Assembly (NCBI GenBank): GCA_964510585.1
Contig: CAZECW010000027.1
Span: forward strand, 13,595-45,594
Direction: 5' to 3'
From: an uncultured archaeon
GTDB taxonomy: Archaea; Asgardarchaeota; Jordiarchaeia; Jordiarchaeales; Jordiarchaeaceae
Length of the DNA stretch: 32,000 bases
The first letter of the stretch is position 1; the number at the start of each line of letters is the position of its first letter. The translations under genes were made by a program, and so were the position numbers. Positions 18,282 to 26,810 of the stretch are shown here, one piece after another. The notes under the pieces are model-generated. The model did not search any database, was not told the DNA's origin, and worked only from the letters and a program-made list of their open reading frames with translations.

Positions 18282-19247
18282 TTGTTAGTTTTGGGAGTCG
18301 ATGGTGGGGCCACAAAGACTGCATGTGTGGTGGCTGACGAAAATTTTAAGATTTTAGGTGTGGGAGTAGCTGGCTCCAGTAACTACCACGTGGTAGGTGT
18401 GGAAGCAGCCCAGAAGAGTGTTGCCCTCGCCCTCAAGCGAGCCATTCCCCCAAAGCTCAAGCACAACATTGATGTTTGCTGTTTTGGTATAGGTGGGCTT
18501 AACACTAAACGGGACGAAAAGATAATCTCAGGATTTATAAAGCCCCTAGTGTCTGCCAGAAGACAAATATTCGTTAATGATGTAGTTATCGCCTTCCACG
18601 CCGCTACCTGTGGCGAACCCGGAATCGTTATGGTTGCGGGAACGGGATCCATAGCCTACGGAGTTAACCAAGAGGGAAGGGAAGGGGTGGCAGGAGGCTG
18701 GGGATGGCTCATAGGAGACGAGGGAAGCGCATTTTACATAGCTAAAAGAGCATTAATGAGTGCTTCCAAAGCTTATGACGGCCGCGGAAAACCTACAAGC
18801 CTTGTGGAACTCTTCTGCAATCATCTAAAAATTTCTAAGTTTGAAAACATTATCTCCAAAATTTATGAGGAAATGAAGCCCCGCGACCTGGCATCCCTAG
18901 CTCCCCTAGTTACGCAAGCCGCCCAAAACGGAGACGAGGTAGCCCAAAAAATATTGGAGGATGCGGCGAGGGAGCTGGCACTAACAGTTAAAGCCCTAGC
19001 AGAAAGACTAAACATGAAGGGTCGCTTCACCGTGGGAGCGGCGGGCGGCGTTTTCAAATCCCAACCGGTGTGGAGATTCTTCCAGAGCGAAGTTCAAAAA
19101 CAGGTTCCCGGAGCAGAGTTAACTAAACCCTTGGAGTATCCTGTGATTGGGGCCCTAATAATGGGATTCAGAGATCAGAGGGTGATGGTAACTCCAGAGG
19201 TTAGGGAGAAACTGGAAAAGAGTTTGAAAACCTGGCTTGAAAACTAG
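18282..19247 (+). CDS. BadF/BadG/BcrA/BcrD (ASKHA) family sugar kinase, probable N-acetylglucosamine kinase
   Basis: GVDGGATKT phosphate-1 motif, VNDVVIA, AGTGS, GGWGWLIGDEGS, GGVF. Adjacent to nagA and a SIS deaminase. Confidence 0.85.
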   Translation: MLVLGVDGGATKTACVVADENFKILGVGVAGSSNYHVVGVEAAQKSVALALKRAIPPKLKHNIDVCCFGIGGLNTKRDEKIISGFIKPLVSARRQIFVNDVVIAFHAATCGEPGIVMVAGTGSIAYGVNQEGREGVAGGWGWLIGDEGSAFYIAKRALMSASKAYDGRGKPTSLVELFCNHLKISKFENIISKIYEEMKPRDLASLAPLVTQAAQNGDEVAQKILEDAARELALTVKALAERLNMKGRFTVGAAGGVFKSQPVWRFFQSEVQKQVPGAELTKPLEYPVIGALIMGFRDQRVMVTPEVREKLEKSLKTWLEN

Positions 19248-19250
19248 TTG

Positions 19251-20282
19251 TCATATTTTTACAACTTTTTTCAGGTGGCGGGGAGCGTCCGGGTTTAGAC
19301 CTCTACTCACACAGTAGTGGTAGGCAAATAGCTGCAAAGGAATTATCTGGATCGTGGGGGAGAGTATGTCATCCACTTTGGGGGTGGCGAGGGTTTGGGT
19401 GGCTGGTACGGTGGCTCCGCTTGTTACTGCTAGAACTTTGGCCCCCTTCTCCTTTATCTCTTTGATGAGTTCTACGTATTCATTGCTAGGTCTTTCTGGA
19501 ACCAAGCATATTGCAAGGGTTTTCTCATCAACTACTGCCATGGGGCCGTGTCTAAACTCTAGCGGGTGGTAGGCTTCCGAGTGAACGTAGGATGTTTCCT
19601 TGAGTTTTAGGCTTCCCTCAAGGGAGACCCCATAGCTTGAGCCCCCGCCCAGGAAAATAAATTTCTGCTCCTCGCAGTTTAGCGCTAGTTCACGCATCTT
19701 TTCGTTCAGGGTGAGGGTTTTTTGAGCAAGTTTAGGTATTCTTCTTGCCTGGCTTAACTGTTTTCCCACTTCTTTGCCCTGGGTTTCGGCGTAGTGGAGT
19801 GCTAGGAGCTGTAGGGCGTAGACTTGGGTGGTGAAGGTTTTCGTCATTATCACACTTTTCTCTTCTCCGGCGTTGACTGTTATTGCCAGTTTTGAGTTTC
19901 TGGCCATGCTGCTTTCGCGGGTGTTTGTGATGCTTACTGTGAGTGCTCCGAGCTGGTTTGCTTTGGAGATTGCTCTTACGGTTTCGGTGGTTTCCCCCGA
20001 GCGGGAGACTCCTAAGGCTACCGCTTGACTTTTGGCTTGTGGTGGGGGATACTCGTAGAACTCGGAGGAGGGTGTAACGTATGCGTCAACTTGGGCATAG
20101 GTTTCTAGGGCGAATTTTCCGCAGAGGCAAATATAATGTGAGGAACCGCACCCAAAAAGGTAGAATCTATACTCTTTTTCGGAGAGAATTTTAGCAACCT
20201 TCCCAATGTTTTCTTCCTCAAGGAGGGTTCTCATGAGAGCGTCGGGCTGCTCATAAATTTCCCTCAGCATATAGTGTTCCAT
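19251..20282 (-). CDS. Double-SIS-domain protein without a glutaminase domain, probable glucosamine-6-phosphate deaminase (isomerising, GlmD type)
   Basis: MLREIYEQP, GCGSS, VSRSGETTET, EKSVIMTKTFT, EGSLKLKETSY, EFRHGP, NPDAPRHLKKVV. No N-terminal amidotransferase domain. Confidence 0.85.
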   Translation of the reverse strand: MEHYMLREIYEQPDALMRTLLEEENIGKVAKILSEKEYRFYLFGCGSSHYICLCGKFALETYAQVDAYVTPSSEFYEYPPPQAKSQAVALGVSRSGETTETVRAISKANQLGALTVSITNTRESSMARNSKLAITVNAGEEKSVIMTKTFTTQVYALQLLALHYAETQGKEVGKQLSQARRIPKLAQKTLTLNEKMRELALNCEEQKFIFLGGGSSYGVSLEGSLKLKETSYVHSEAYHPLEFRHGPMAVVDEKTLAICLVPERPSNEYVELIKEIKEKGAKVLAVTSGATVPATQTLATPKVDDILSPTIQIIPLQLFAYHYCVSRGLNPDAPRHLKKVVKI

Positions 20283-20783
20283 TTTTACACCTCACCCTTG
20301 CACCTGAAAAAAGGGGGAAGAGGGACTCCGCCTTCTTAAAAGGCCAAACATTCGGGAATCCGATATTCTTCCCTGGAGATTGAAAAATGGGGGGTTTCCC
20401 ACTGAACAGTGAATGGGGGTTTTAATCCAATTATGCGTCTTATTATATTTTTCAATTCTTCTCGCCCTTAAAAAGATGAGGGCTTCTTCACAGTTACAAT
20501 TGGACACAGTGCTTCCTTGGCATATTTTACTTTTTTCAAAAAAATGGTTTTAATTCTGAAAATTTTTCAAATTTGCATTGTAAAATTGCAAAAAATTCAC
20601 CAAACATGCCAAAAAAGCAAAAATTAAAAACCGTGCAGCACAGCGTAAACACTCAAAATTCTTAAATAGTATCCCGCCCATATCAGGAGTTTAAACTAGT
20701 TCAACTTACACTGCCTCTAATGCCTGGAATTGAGCTTCTGTTCTGGGACACCCTCCATCAAATTGGGTTTTTGGTGATTTTTC

Positions 20784-21968
20784 ATGGTTAAGGAAACCCT
20801 TGCAGTTAGGTGTGGTAGAATACTTACACCCTCAAGAGAGATAAGTGACGGTATCATTCTAGTTGAGGGAAGCAGAATAGTTTCCCTAGGTGTTGATGGT
20901 GAATTAACTATTCCAAGGGGTGCCAAAACTTTAAACTTTGGGGACAAAATAGCTGTCCCCGGGTTCTTGGACATTCACATTCATGGGGGAGGAGGAAGCG
21001 ATGTAATGGAAGCTTCAGAAAAGGCAGCCATAGATTTAGCACTTTTTGCATCTAGCCACGGGGTGACATCCATTCTCCCCTCAACAGTCTCCGCCCCTCA
21101 CAGCAGCCTCTTGAAAGTTGTCAGGGTTCTTGGGGAAATGGTGGGGAGGGAAACGGGAGGAGCTGAAGTACTGGGAATCAATCTGGAAGGACCATACATT
21201 AATCCTAAAATGCGGGGAGCCCACAACGCCAAACACATTAGGCTCCCTTCAGTGAGAGAGTTTAAAGATTTGTGGGAGGCGTCAGGCGAGAAGCTGAAAA
21301 TAGTGACACTGGCTCCAGAGTTGGAGGGTGCTGAGAACCTTTTGGCTGAGCTTCAGAAACTGGGAGTGGTGGCCGCAGTTGGCCACTCAGACGCCGCCTA
21401 CAGTGAAGTCATGGAAGCAGTCACTCTTGGTCTCAGCCACGCAACCCACACTTTTAATGGAATGAGAGGGTTCCACCACAGGGAGCCTGGGACAGTGGGA
21501 GCGGCTCTACTTTGTGAGAAGCTAACAGCCGAGGTTATTTCTGACAATATTCACGTGCACCCAGAAGCAGTAAGACTGTTAACCAAGGTGAAGGATCCCA
21601 GCCTCATAGTTCTAGTCACTGACTCAATTATGGCTGCTGGCATGCCCGACGGTGAGTATCGATTGGGGAATCGGAGAGTTACCGTGAAAAACGGTGTTTG
21701 TAGGCTGAAATCCGGAAGCCTTGCTGGAAGCACTCTAACAATGGAGACCGCCATAAGAAACACTGTACGAGCTGCGGGTCTCCCCTTACAGGTGGTTTTA
21801 GGAATGGCTACTGTAAACCCTGCAAGAGTTATTGGTGTCGATGACAGGAAGGGAAGTTTGGCGCCGGGTAAAGACGCCGATATAACTATAATAGACAGTG
21901 AGGTAAACGTTTACGCCACAATAGTGAAGGGAAAAATGGTTTATGGGAAGGTTTTATTGGGTAAGTAG
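20784..21968 (+). CDS. nagA: N-acetylglucosamine-6-phosphate deacetylase
   Basis: PGFLDIHIHG, NLEGPYI, GAH, VGHS, ATHTFNGM, SDNIHVHP, LVTDS, LAGSTLTM, NPA. Confidence 0.93.
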   Translation: MVKETLAVRCGRILTPSREISDGIILVEGSRIVSLGVDGELTIPRGAKTLNFGDKIAVPGFLDIHIHGGGGSDVMEASEKAAIDLALFASSHGVTSILPSTVSAPHSSLLKVVRVLGEMVGRETGGAEVLGINLEGPYINPKMRGAHNAKHIRLPSVREFKDLWEASGEKLKIVTLAPELEGAENLLAELQKLGVVAAVGHSDAAYSEVMEAVTLGLSHATHTFNGMRGFHHREPGTVGAALLCEKLTAEVISDNIHVHPEAVRLLTKVKDPSLIVLVTDSIMAAGMPDGEYRLGNRRVTVKNGVCRLKSGSLAGSTLTMETAIRNTVRAAGLPLQVVLGMATVNPARVIGVDDRKGSLAPGKDADITIIDSEVNVYATIVKGKMVYGKVLLGK

Positions 21969-22065
21969 AGAATATTTTATATGTTATTGCCTTTGAAATC
22001 TTCCTAAAGGTATGGTGATTGGTGGGCCTCATTTTGTAATTTGGATACTGCTAAGGGTGAATGAG

Positions 22066-22203
22066 TTGGGAACAAGAAAAGTTTACTGCACTTGGTGTGG
22101 TAGAAGATATCTTCTCTCAACCAGGGAGAAATTAAAGGAGACAGTTTGTCCAAACTGTGGCAAAAAAGGCAAAATATATACTGTTGTCGACGAGTCAACC
22201 TAA
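22066..22203 (+). CDS. Small zinc-ribbon protein (45 aa)
   Basis: CTWCG...CPNCG. TTG at 22066, 5 nt after GGTGA. The ORF-track extension to 22012 is probably not translated. Confidence 0.65.
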   Translation: MGTRKVYCTWCGRRYLLSTREKLKETVCPNCGKKGKIYTVVDEST

Positions 22204-22357
22204 AAAGTCATAAAACCAACCACCAAACCGTAAACCTTGCCCCCCTGGGAAGTATTAAAACATAAAAGGAATTTGGAAGCTTCATTTGCCACCCCTTTGG
22301 AAAAATATAAAAAAGTGGGAAGGGAAGGAAAAATTCGTATCTCTTTTGTTATGTTAT

Positions 22358-22861
22358 TTATTTTATGGGTTCCACTCCGATTATGTCGCTTAGTTTTCCT
22401 TCGGGTTTTTCCTTCCAGACTGCTTGGACTCTCATTCCTATGTGTGCTTCCTCAGGCTTGGCGTTCAGTAGTATTGTTGTGTATTTTGAGTTGGTGCCGT
22501 CAAAATTGACGAGTACCATTATTAGTCTCTCTCCTTCCTTGAGCCAACCCATTTCCACAGGATCCATTCCTAAAACCTTTACTTGTCCCTTCTTTACCGC
22601 CTGACTCAAAGTGAAGGACTTAACTGTGCCCTTATCACTAACTGTCACTCGGGCGTCTATTTTTCTCCAGCATCTACCACAAATATTTCTCATTGGCACA
22701 TATACGAATCCGCAGCCAGTACACAATGATCCAATTATTTTCTTCTGCTTAAATCCCTCAAGGAGCTCCTGGTAGAGCGTAGGTGCCTTATAAACGTAGG
22801 AGCCTACGGGCCACACGCCTTCCACTGCAATTGTTTCTTTTCTTACCTTTTTCGACATCAT
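22358..22861 (-). CDS. DUF35-family Zn-ribbon/OB-fold protein
   Basis: GSLCTGCGFVYVPMRNICGRC, GTVKSFT, HIGMRVQAVW. Last gene of the thiolase-like operon. Confidence 0.88.
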   Translation of the reverse strand: MMSKKVRKETIAVEGVWPVGSYVYKAPTLYQELLEGFKQKKIIGSLCTGCGFVYVPMRNICGRCWRKIDARVTVSDKGTVKSFTLSQAVKKGQVKVLGMDPVEMGWLKEGERLIMVLVNFDGTNSKYTTILLNAKPEEAHIGMRVQAVWKEKPEGKLSDIIGVEPIK

Positions 22862-22862
22862 C

Positions 22863-24119
22863 TCACCACCTTAATCTTGGTGTATCCCCCAGAACTGTTA
22901 CTACTGTGAAGTTGGTTGAGCCTCCCCAACCGTGTGCTACTGCGTTCTTTACGTCTTTAGGCACTTGGTGTTCTTCAGCTTTACCCATTATTTGTAGGGC
23001 GCACTCCGCTACTCTCTGCATTGCTGAGGAGCCTATGGCATTGGTTGAGAGCACGCCTCCTGAGGGGTCGATTGGCAATTTGCCATCTATTTCTGTTTCT
23101 CCCTCCTCGAGGGGAATCCAGGCCTTTCCGTCGTCAAAGAGAAGAAGTCTCTCCGAATACATCAGTTCCTGGTGTGGGAATGGTTGGTAAATCTCAGCTA
23201 CATCAATCTCTTCTCTGGGATTCTTTATCCCAGCCATACGGTAGGCCTTCATCGCCGCAATTCGACACTGCATCTGCTCCGAAGTATCCAATATGGATAC
23301 TCCTTGAGCGTTTTCCGCCTGCTGATTCTCCTCATCGGCGCAAGCCGCAAGACCTCTCACCCAAGCTGGTCTATCAGCTTTCCTCGCTATTTCTTCAGAT
23401 GCAATCACAATGGCTGAGGCTCCATCACTTGCTGGGCAAATGTGTCCAAGCCTTAATGGATAAGCAACAATTTCGCCAAACCGGGGATGTTTTGCTAGGG
23501 ATTCAGCAGTGCAGTTGGGCCACTGAAGATGGGCATACTTATTTTTGGCGGCGTTTCTCCTTGATTTGGCGGCAACCATATCCAAATGTTCGATTTTGCA
23601 TCCAGAGCGGTGCATGTACTCACATGCCTGGTATGCAGAAACGCCTGCGGCTGCGCCAACTCCTCCACCATAGGCAAAGCTGGTTCTTACATCAACTCCA
23701 TTTGCAAGTAGGTGGAACATGTTTGCTAGTCCCACATGGGATAGCCCCATTGTTGCCCCGGGCTCTTTGCTATCTGAGTGTTTTTCAAATCCTATTGCTA
23801 GGACAGTGTCGAAGAGTCCTGAAGCTACCTGGTACATTCCACACTGGGCTACTGAGCCTCCGGTTGTGCCTCCAGTAGCTATTCTGAGTACTGGTTTGCC
23901 CGGTGCGGCGAAGAGGTCTCCACTCCACAATTCTGCTTGGCAGATGCCTCCAAAGCCTTGCATGTTCCCTATGGCAATGGCGTCTATGTCCTCGGGGCCT
24001 AGTTCGGCATCCTCTAGGGCCTTCCAGGCCGCCTCTGCTATCATTTCTGCAGCGTTAATGTCTCTCCTTATTCCATGTTTGGTTTGTCCAACACCAATTA
24101 CTGCAATGTTTCTCCACAC
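22863..24119 (-). CDS. SCP2-thiolase-fold protein lacking the nucleophilic Cys (Ltp3-like, probable aldolase subunit)
   Basis: IAVIGVGQT; GKPVLRIATGGTTGGS with Gly at the usual Cys position; CPASDGA; AEIYQPFPHQE; PSGGVLSTNAIG. The GTG start shares one base with the upstream TAG. Confidence 0.85.
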   Translation of the reverse strand: MWRNIAVIGVGQTKHGIRRDINAAEMIAEAAWKALEDAELGPEDIDAIAIGNMQGFGGICQAELWSGDLFAAPGKPVLRIATGGTTGGSVAQCGMYQVASGLFDTVLAIGFEKHSDSKEPGATMGLSHVGLANMFHLLANGVDVRTSFAYGGGVGAAAGVSAYQACEYMHRSGCKIEHLDMVAAKSRRNAAKNKYAHLQWPNCTAESLAKHPRFGEIVAYPLRLGHICPASDGASAIVIASEEIARKADRPAWVRGLAACADEENQQAENAQGVSILDTSEQMQCRIAAMKAYRMAGIKNPREEIDVAEIYQPFPHQELMYSERLLLFDDGKAWIPLEEGETEIDGKLPIDPSGGVLSTNAIGSSAMQRVAECALQIMGKAEEHQVPKDVKNAVAHGWGGSTNFTVVTVLGDTPRLRW

Positions 24120-25270
24120 TACTCCTCACCTCCCAGAATGAAGACTATGTTTTGCTGGGCGCATATGCCAGTTTGGCCGTGGGCTAGGACTCTCCAAGCT
24201 CCTGGTATTTGGTGGGCTCCAGCTTCTCCCCTTATCTGCATTGTGGCTTCAACTATTCTTATCAACCCTGTGGCAGTTATGGGGTCTGCTGAGAGGGCCC
24301 CACCGCTGGGATTTACTGGCAGTTGACCATCGTTAAAGGTTGCACAGCTATCTATCAGGGTTCCTCCTCTGCCTTCCTCGCAGAAGCCCAGTGCCTCATA
24401 AATCATAAGCTCCTCATGGGCGTATCTTTCTGACACTTCGGCTGCATCTAGTTCTGCGAAGGGGTTCTTTATACCCGCCATTTGGTATGCTTTTTTTGCT
24501 GCGGCTTCGAGTCCCTCGAGCTTGTAAAGTTTTCTATCCCTAATATATGAGTCCTGGCAGCTGCCTACGCCTTTTATCCAAACTGGACAGTCAGAAAGCT
24601 CCCTCGCCTTCTTCTCTGAGGCTAGCACCACTGCTGCGGCCCCATCACTTATGGGAGACATGGTAAGTTCCCTAATGGGGTCACAGTAGAGCTTGGAGCT
24701 TAACACCTCTTCCAGAGAAATTCCGGGCATTCTGCGGTGTGCATGGGGATTCTTAGCGGCGTTGCCCAGATTCTTCACGGATACTATGGCTGCTTCTTCC
24801 TCAGATATGCCGTACTTGTTCATGTATACTCTCGCCTGAATAGCGGCCGCAGAAATGTCGTTTAAAACACCTATTTGCCTATCAAAAGTTGGGTCTAAAG
24901 TGTAGACAGAGATTTGGTGTGGATTGAATGTTGAACCCTGAGTGTTGGCTACTATTAATGCTATGTCGTGTGTTCCTGAGAGTATTTTGAGCATACCGTA
25001 GAAGACGGCGTTGGCTCCATCCATCTCCACCTTGGTGTAATCCTTAAGGTATGCCCCAATGGGCATAACTAGGAAAAGCTCTGAGATGGTTCTTCCCTCA
25101 TAGTAATCGTTTGTGGCGTTAATTACTGTGTCAATGTCCTCCCTTTCAATGCCCGCCATCTTGGCGGCTTCCTTAGCCACCTCAAAAACCATGTCTTCCC
25201 TGGTCATTGGCATGTTTGCCTGATGGTAGGATTGCGCGTACCCAATTATTGCAACTTTTTCCCTCATCAT
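24119..25270 (-). CDS. SCP2-thiolase-fold protein lacking the nucleophilic Cys (Ltp4-like)
   Basis: NDYYEGRTIS...TKVEMDGANAVFYGMLKILSG resembles Ltp4-type sequences as I recall them. Also SPISDGAAA and NPSGGALSAD. Confidence 0.82.
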   Translation of the reverse strand: MMREKVAIIGYAQSYHQANMPMTREDMVFEVAKEAAKMAGIEREDIDTVINATNDYYEGRTISELFLVMPIGAYLKDYTKVEMDGANAVFYGMLKILSGTHDIALIVANTQGSTFNPHQISVYTLDPTFDRQIGVLNDISAAAIQARVYMNKYGISEEEAAIVSVKNLGNAAKNPHAHRRMPGISLEEVLSSKLYCDPIRELTMSPISDGAAAVVLASEKKARELSDCPVWIKGVGSCQDSYIRDRKLYKLEGLEAAAKKAYQMAGIKNPFAELDAAEVSERYAHEELMIYEALGFCEEGRGGTLIDSCATFNDGQLPVNPSGGALSADPITATGLIRIVEATMQIRGEAGAHQIPGAWRVLAHGQTGICAQQNIVFILGGEE

Positions 25271-25279
25271 GTTCTCACC

Positions 25280-25753
25280 TTACTTCTCGGGTTTGAATCC
25301 TTTAATGTCGGAGATTTGGCCTTTGGTCTCCTCCTGCCAGACTACTTTCACTGTGATGCCCTCCTTAAGTTTCTCTGGCTCCACATCTATTAGGGGCATA
25401 AATATTGTTGAATCCGCGTCTTCAAGCTTTATGGCTCCAATCGCTTTAGGCTTTTCCAGATCTCGAAAGTTGCCGTTGCCGTCCAGTTCAACATAGGCAG
25501 TTGTGTAGCCTACCAGAACTCCCCTACCGGAAAGTTCCACTAGGTTGTTTGCGTCCATTTTTGCTGAGCACTTACTACACCATGCTCTTGGAGGAACATA
25601 GGTATAATTGCACTTGGAACATTTGGCTCCCAATATTTTCTTGTTTCCCAGTTCTTTGATGAATCTGTCCATGAGTTCTCCCACAGACCACCTGAACCCG
25701 GCGACAACTGGAATTCCCTTAACCGGTATAACTTCCTCTTTTAATATTTTCAC
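25280..25753 (-). CDS. DUF35-family Zn-ribbon/OB-fold protein
   Basis: LGAKCSKCNYTYVPPRAWCSKC, GRGVLVGYT, VKVVWQEE. First gene of the operon. Confidence 0.88.
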   Translation of the reverse strand: MKILKEEVIPVKGIPVVAGFRWSVGELMDRFIKELGNKKILGAKCSKCNYTYVPPRAWCSKCSAKMDANNLVELSGRGVLVGYTTAYVELDGNGNFRDLEKPKAIGAIKLEDADSTIFMPLIDVEPEKLKEGITVKVVWQEETKGQISDIKGFKPEK

Positions 25754-25810
25754 AAATTAACCCTCCAAAGTAGAAAAACTGCGAAACACTGAAAAGTATT
25801 CATTCGACAC

Positions 25811-25826
25811 ATTTATAAAATTAACG
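25811..25826 (-). promoter_or_regulatory. Candidate BRE/TATA of the DUF35-thiolase operon
   Basis: The minus strand reads CGTTAA-TTTTATAAAT about 60 nt upstream of the start at 25753. Confidence 0.4.
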
Positions 25827-26029
25827 AAAAGAATCGTCAAAAGTTGATCGGATTCTATTCAGAACCATTCTCTTTTTCTGAAGACTCAAAAAATAATGTC
25901 CCAAAGACCCCTTATTAAATTAAAAACAGACACATGACGATAATAATTTTTCAAATTAGTTGAATCTGGAGTGACGCATAGTCTCAAATAAAATTTATAA
26001 ATTTGTGGTTAGCCCTATTGGTCATGTTT

Positions 26030-26594
26030 TGTTGATTTTTCTTGTAGTTCTCTTATCTTGACCACCTCTCCAAGTGTTTTCAAGTTGATGTTTTCTCTTC
26101 TTCGTAGGTTTCTGTGACTACTGGTTTCACACCCCAATATACTTCATTACTTTTTTCTCTCTAAGATCTTCAAACTGTTCTATTACATCCAAATTTACTT
26201 TAGCGATTCGTTTACTATAATATCCTGTAATTTGAATTTTTAGCAAAGCTATCCCAAGCCTTCTTAAGACAGGCCCAAGACCAACGTCAGTGTTAGTTAT
26301 CCTGCTTTAGGGAACAATACCAGTTTTTAAAACATATTCCTCTTCTTCATACAATTTCACTATCCATAAGTTGAAAAAGATCATGCCGCAATATTTCCTG
26401 CCCCAACAGAAAAAGAAAAAAACATTTAGGCAAGACGGATAAAGAGTAGAAGAAAATACTTATGGCTTTAAGTGGACTAAAAACAGTAAAGGGGAAATAC
26501 AGGGCAAAAACAAGAAACAAAACGCTGCCACCGAACAAGTGTAGTAGAGTTTTCTAAGCTGGGGATAGGTTTAACCCCCTTAACCAATTTTCAC
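26030..26594 (-). pseudogene. Degraded YdbS/DUF304-like membrane protein with bacterial PH (bPH_2) domain
   Basis: Pieces across frames: VKIG*..KPIPSL/RKLYY, a hydrophobic stretch, then KLYEEEEYVLKTGIVP*SRITNTDVGLGPVLRRLGIALLKIQITG...EQFEDLREK. This matches the bPH_2 pattern IPxxRIxxVDxxQGPLxRxFGxxxLKIQTAG. Several stops and frameshifts; ends are approximate. Confidence 0.65.
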
Positions 26595-26810
26595 GCCAAA
26601 ACTTTTCAAAAATGTTAACCTCACAAAAAATTTGAAAAACCACCATTAAATAGGCCTTCGCCAATCTGAAACTATAAATAATTTTGCACAGCCAAACGTA
26701 AACTTATCAAACCCATACAAAGCCACAATAAAATTAACCACCAAGCCATTGCAGATGGCTTAAAAAAAGGTACAGGATCAGAACTTTAAAAAAATGGGGG
26801 GAATGCGATT

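Noticed and set aside
19251-20282. glmS (glutamine:fructose-6-phosphate amidotransferase)
   Set aside because: It lacks the N-terminal Cys glutaminase domain, and its context is catabolic.
23021-23878. 285-aa plus-strand ORF
   Set aside because: Antisense shadow of the Ltp3-like gene, with no motifs. The same applies to the other long antisense or alternate-frame ORFs (e.g. 2512-3087, 14902-15450, 26955-27410).
22863-25270. Calling the thiolase-fold genes acetyl-CoA acetyltransferases of the mevalonate pathway
   Set aside because: The nucleophilic Cys is absent in both, and no HMG-CoA synthase is adjacent.
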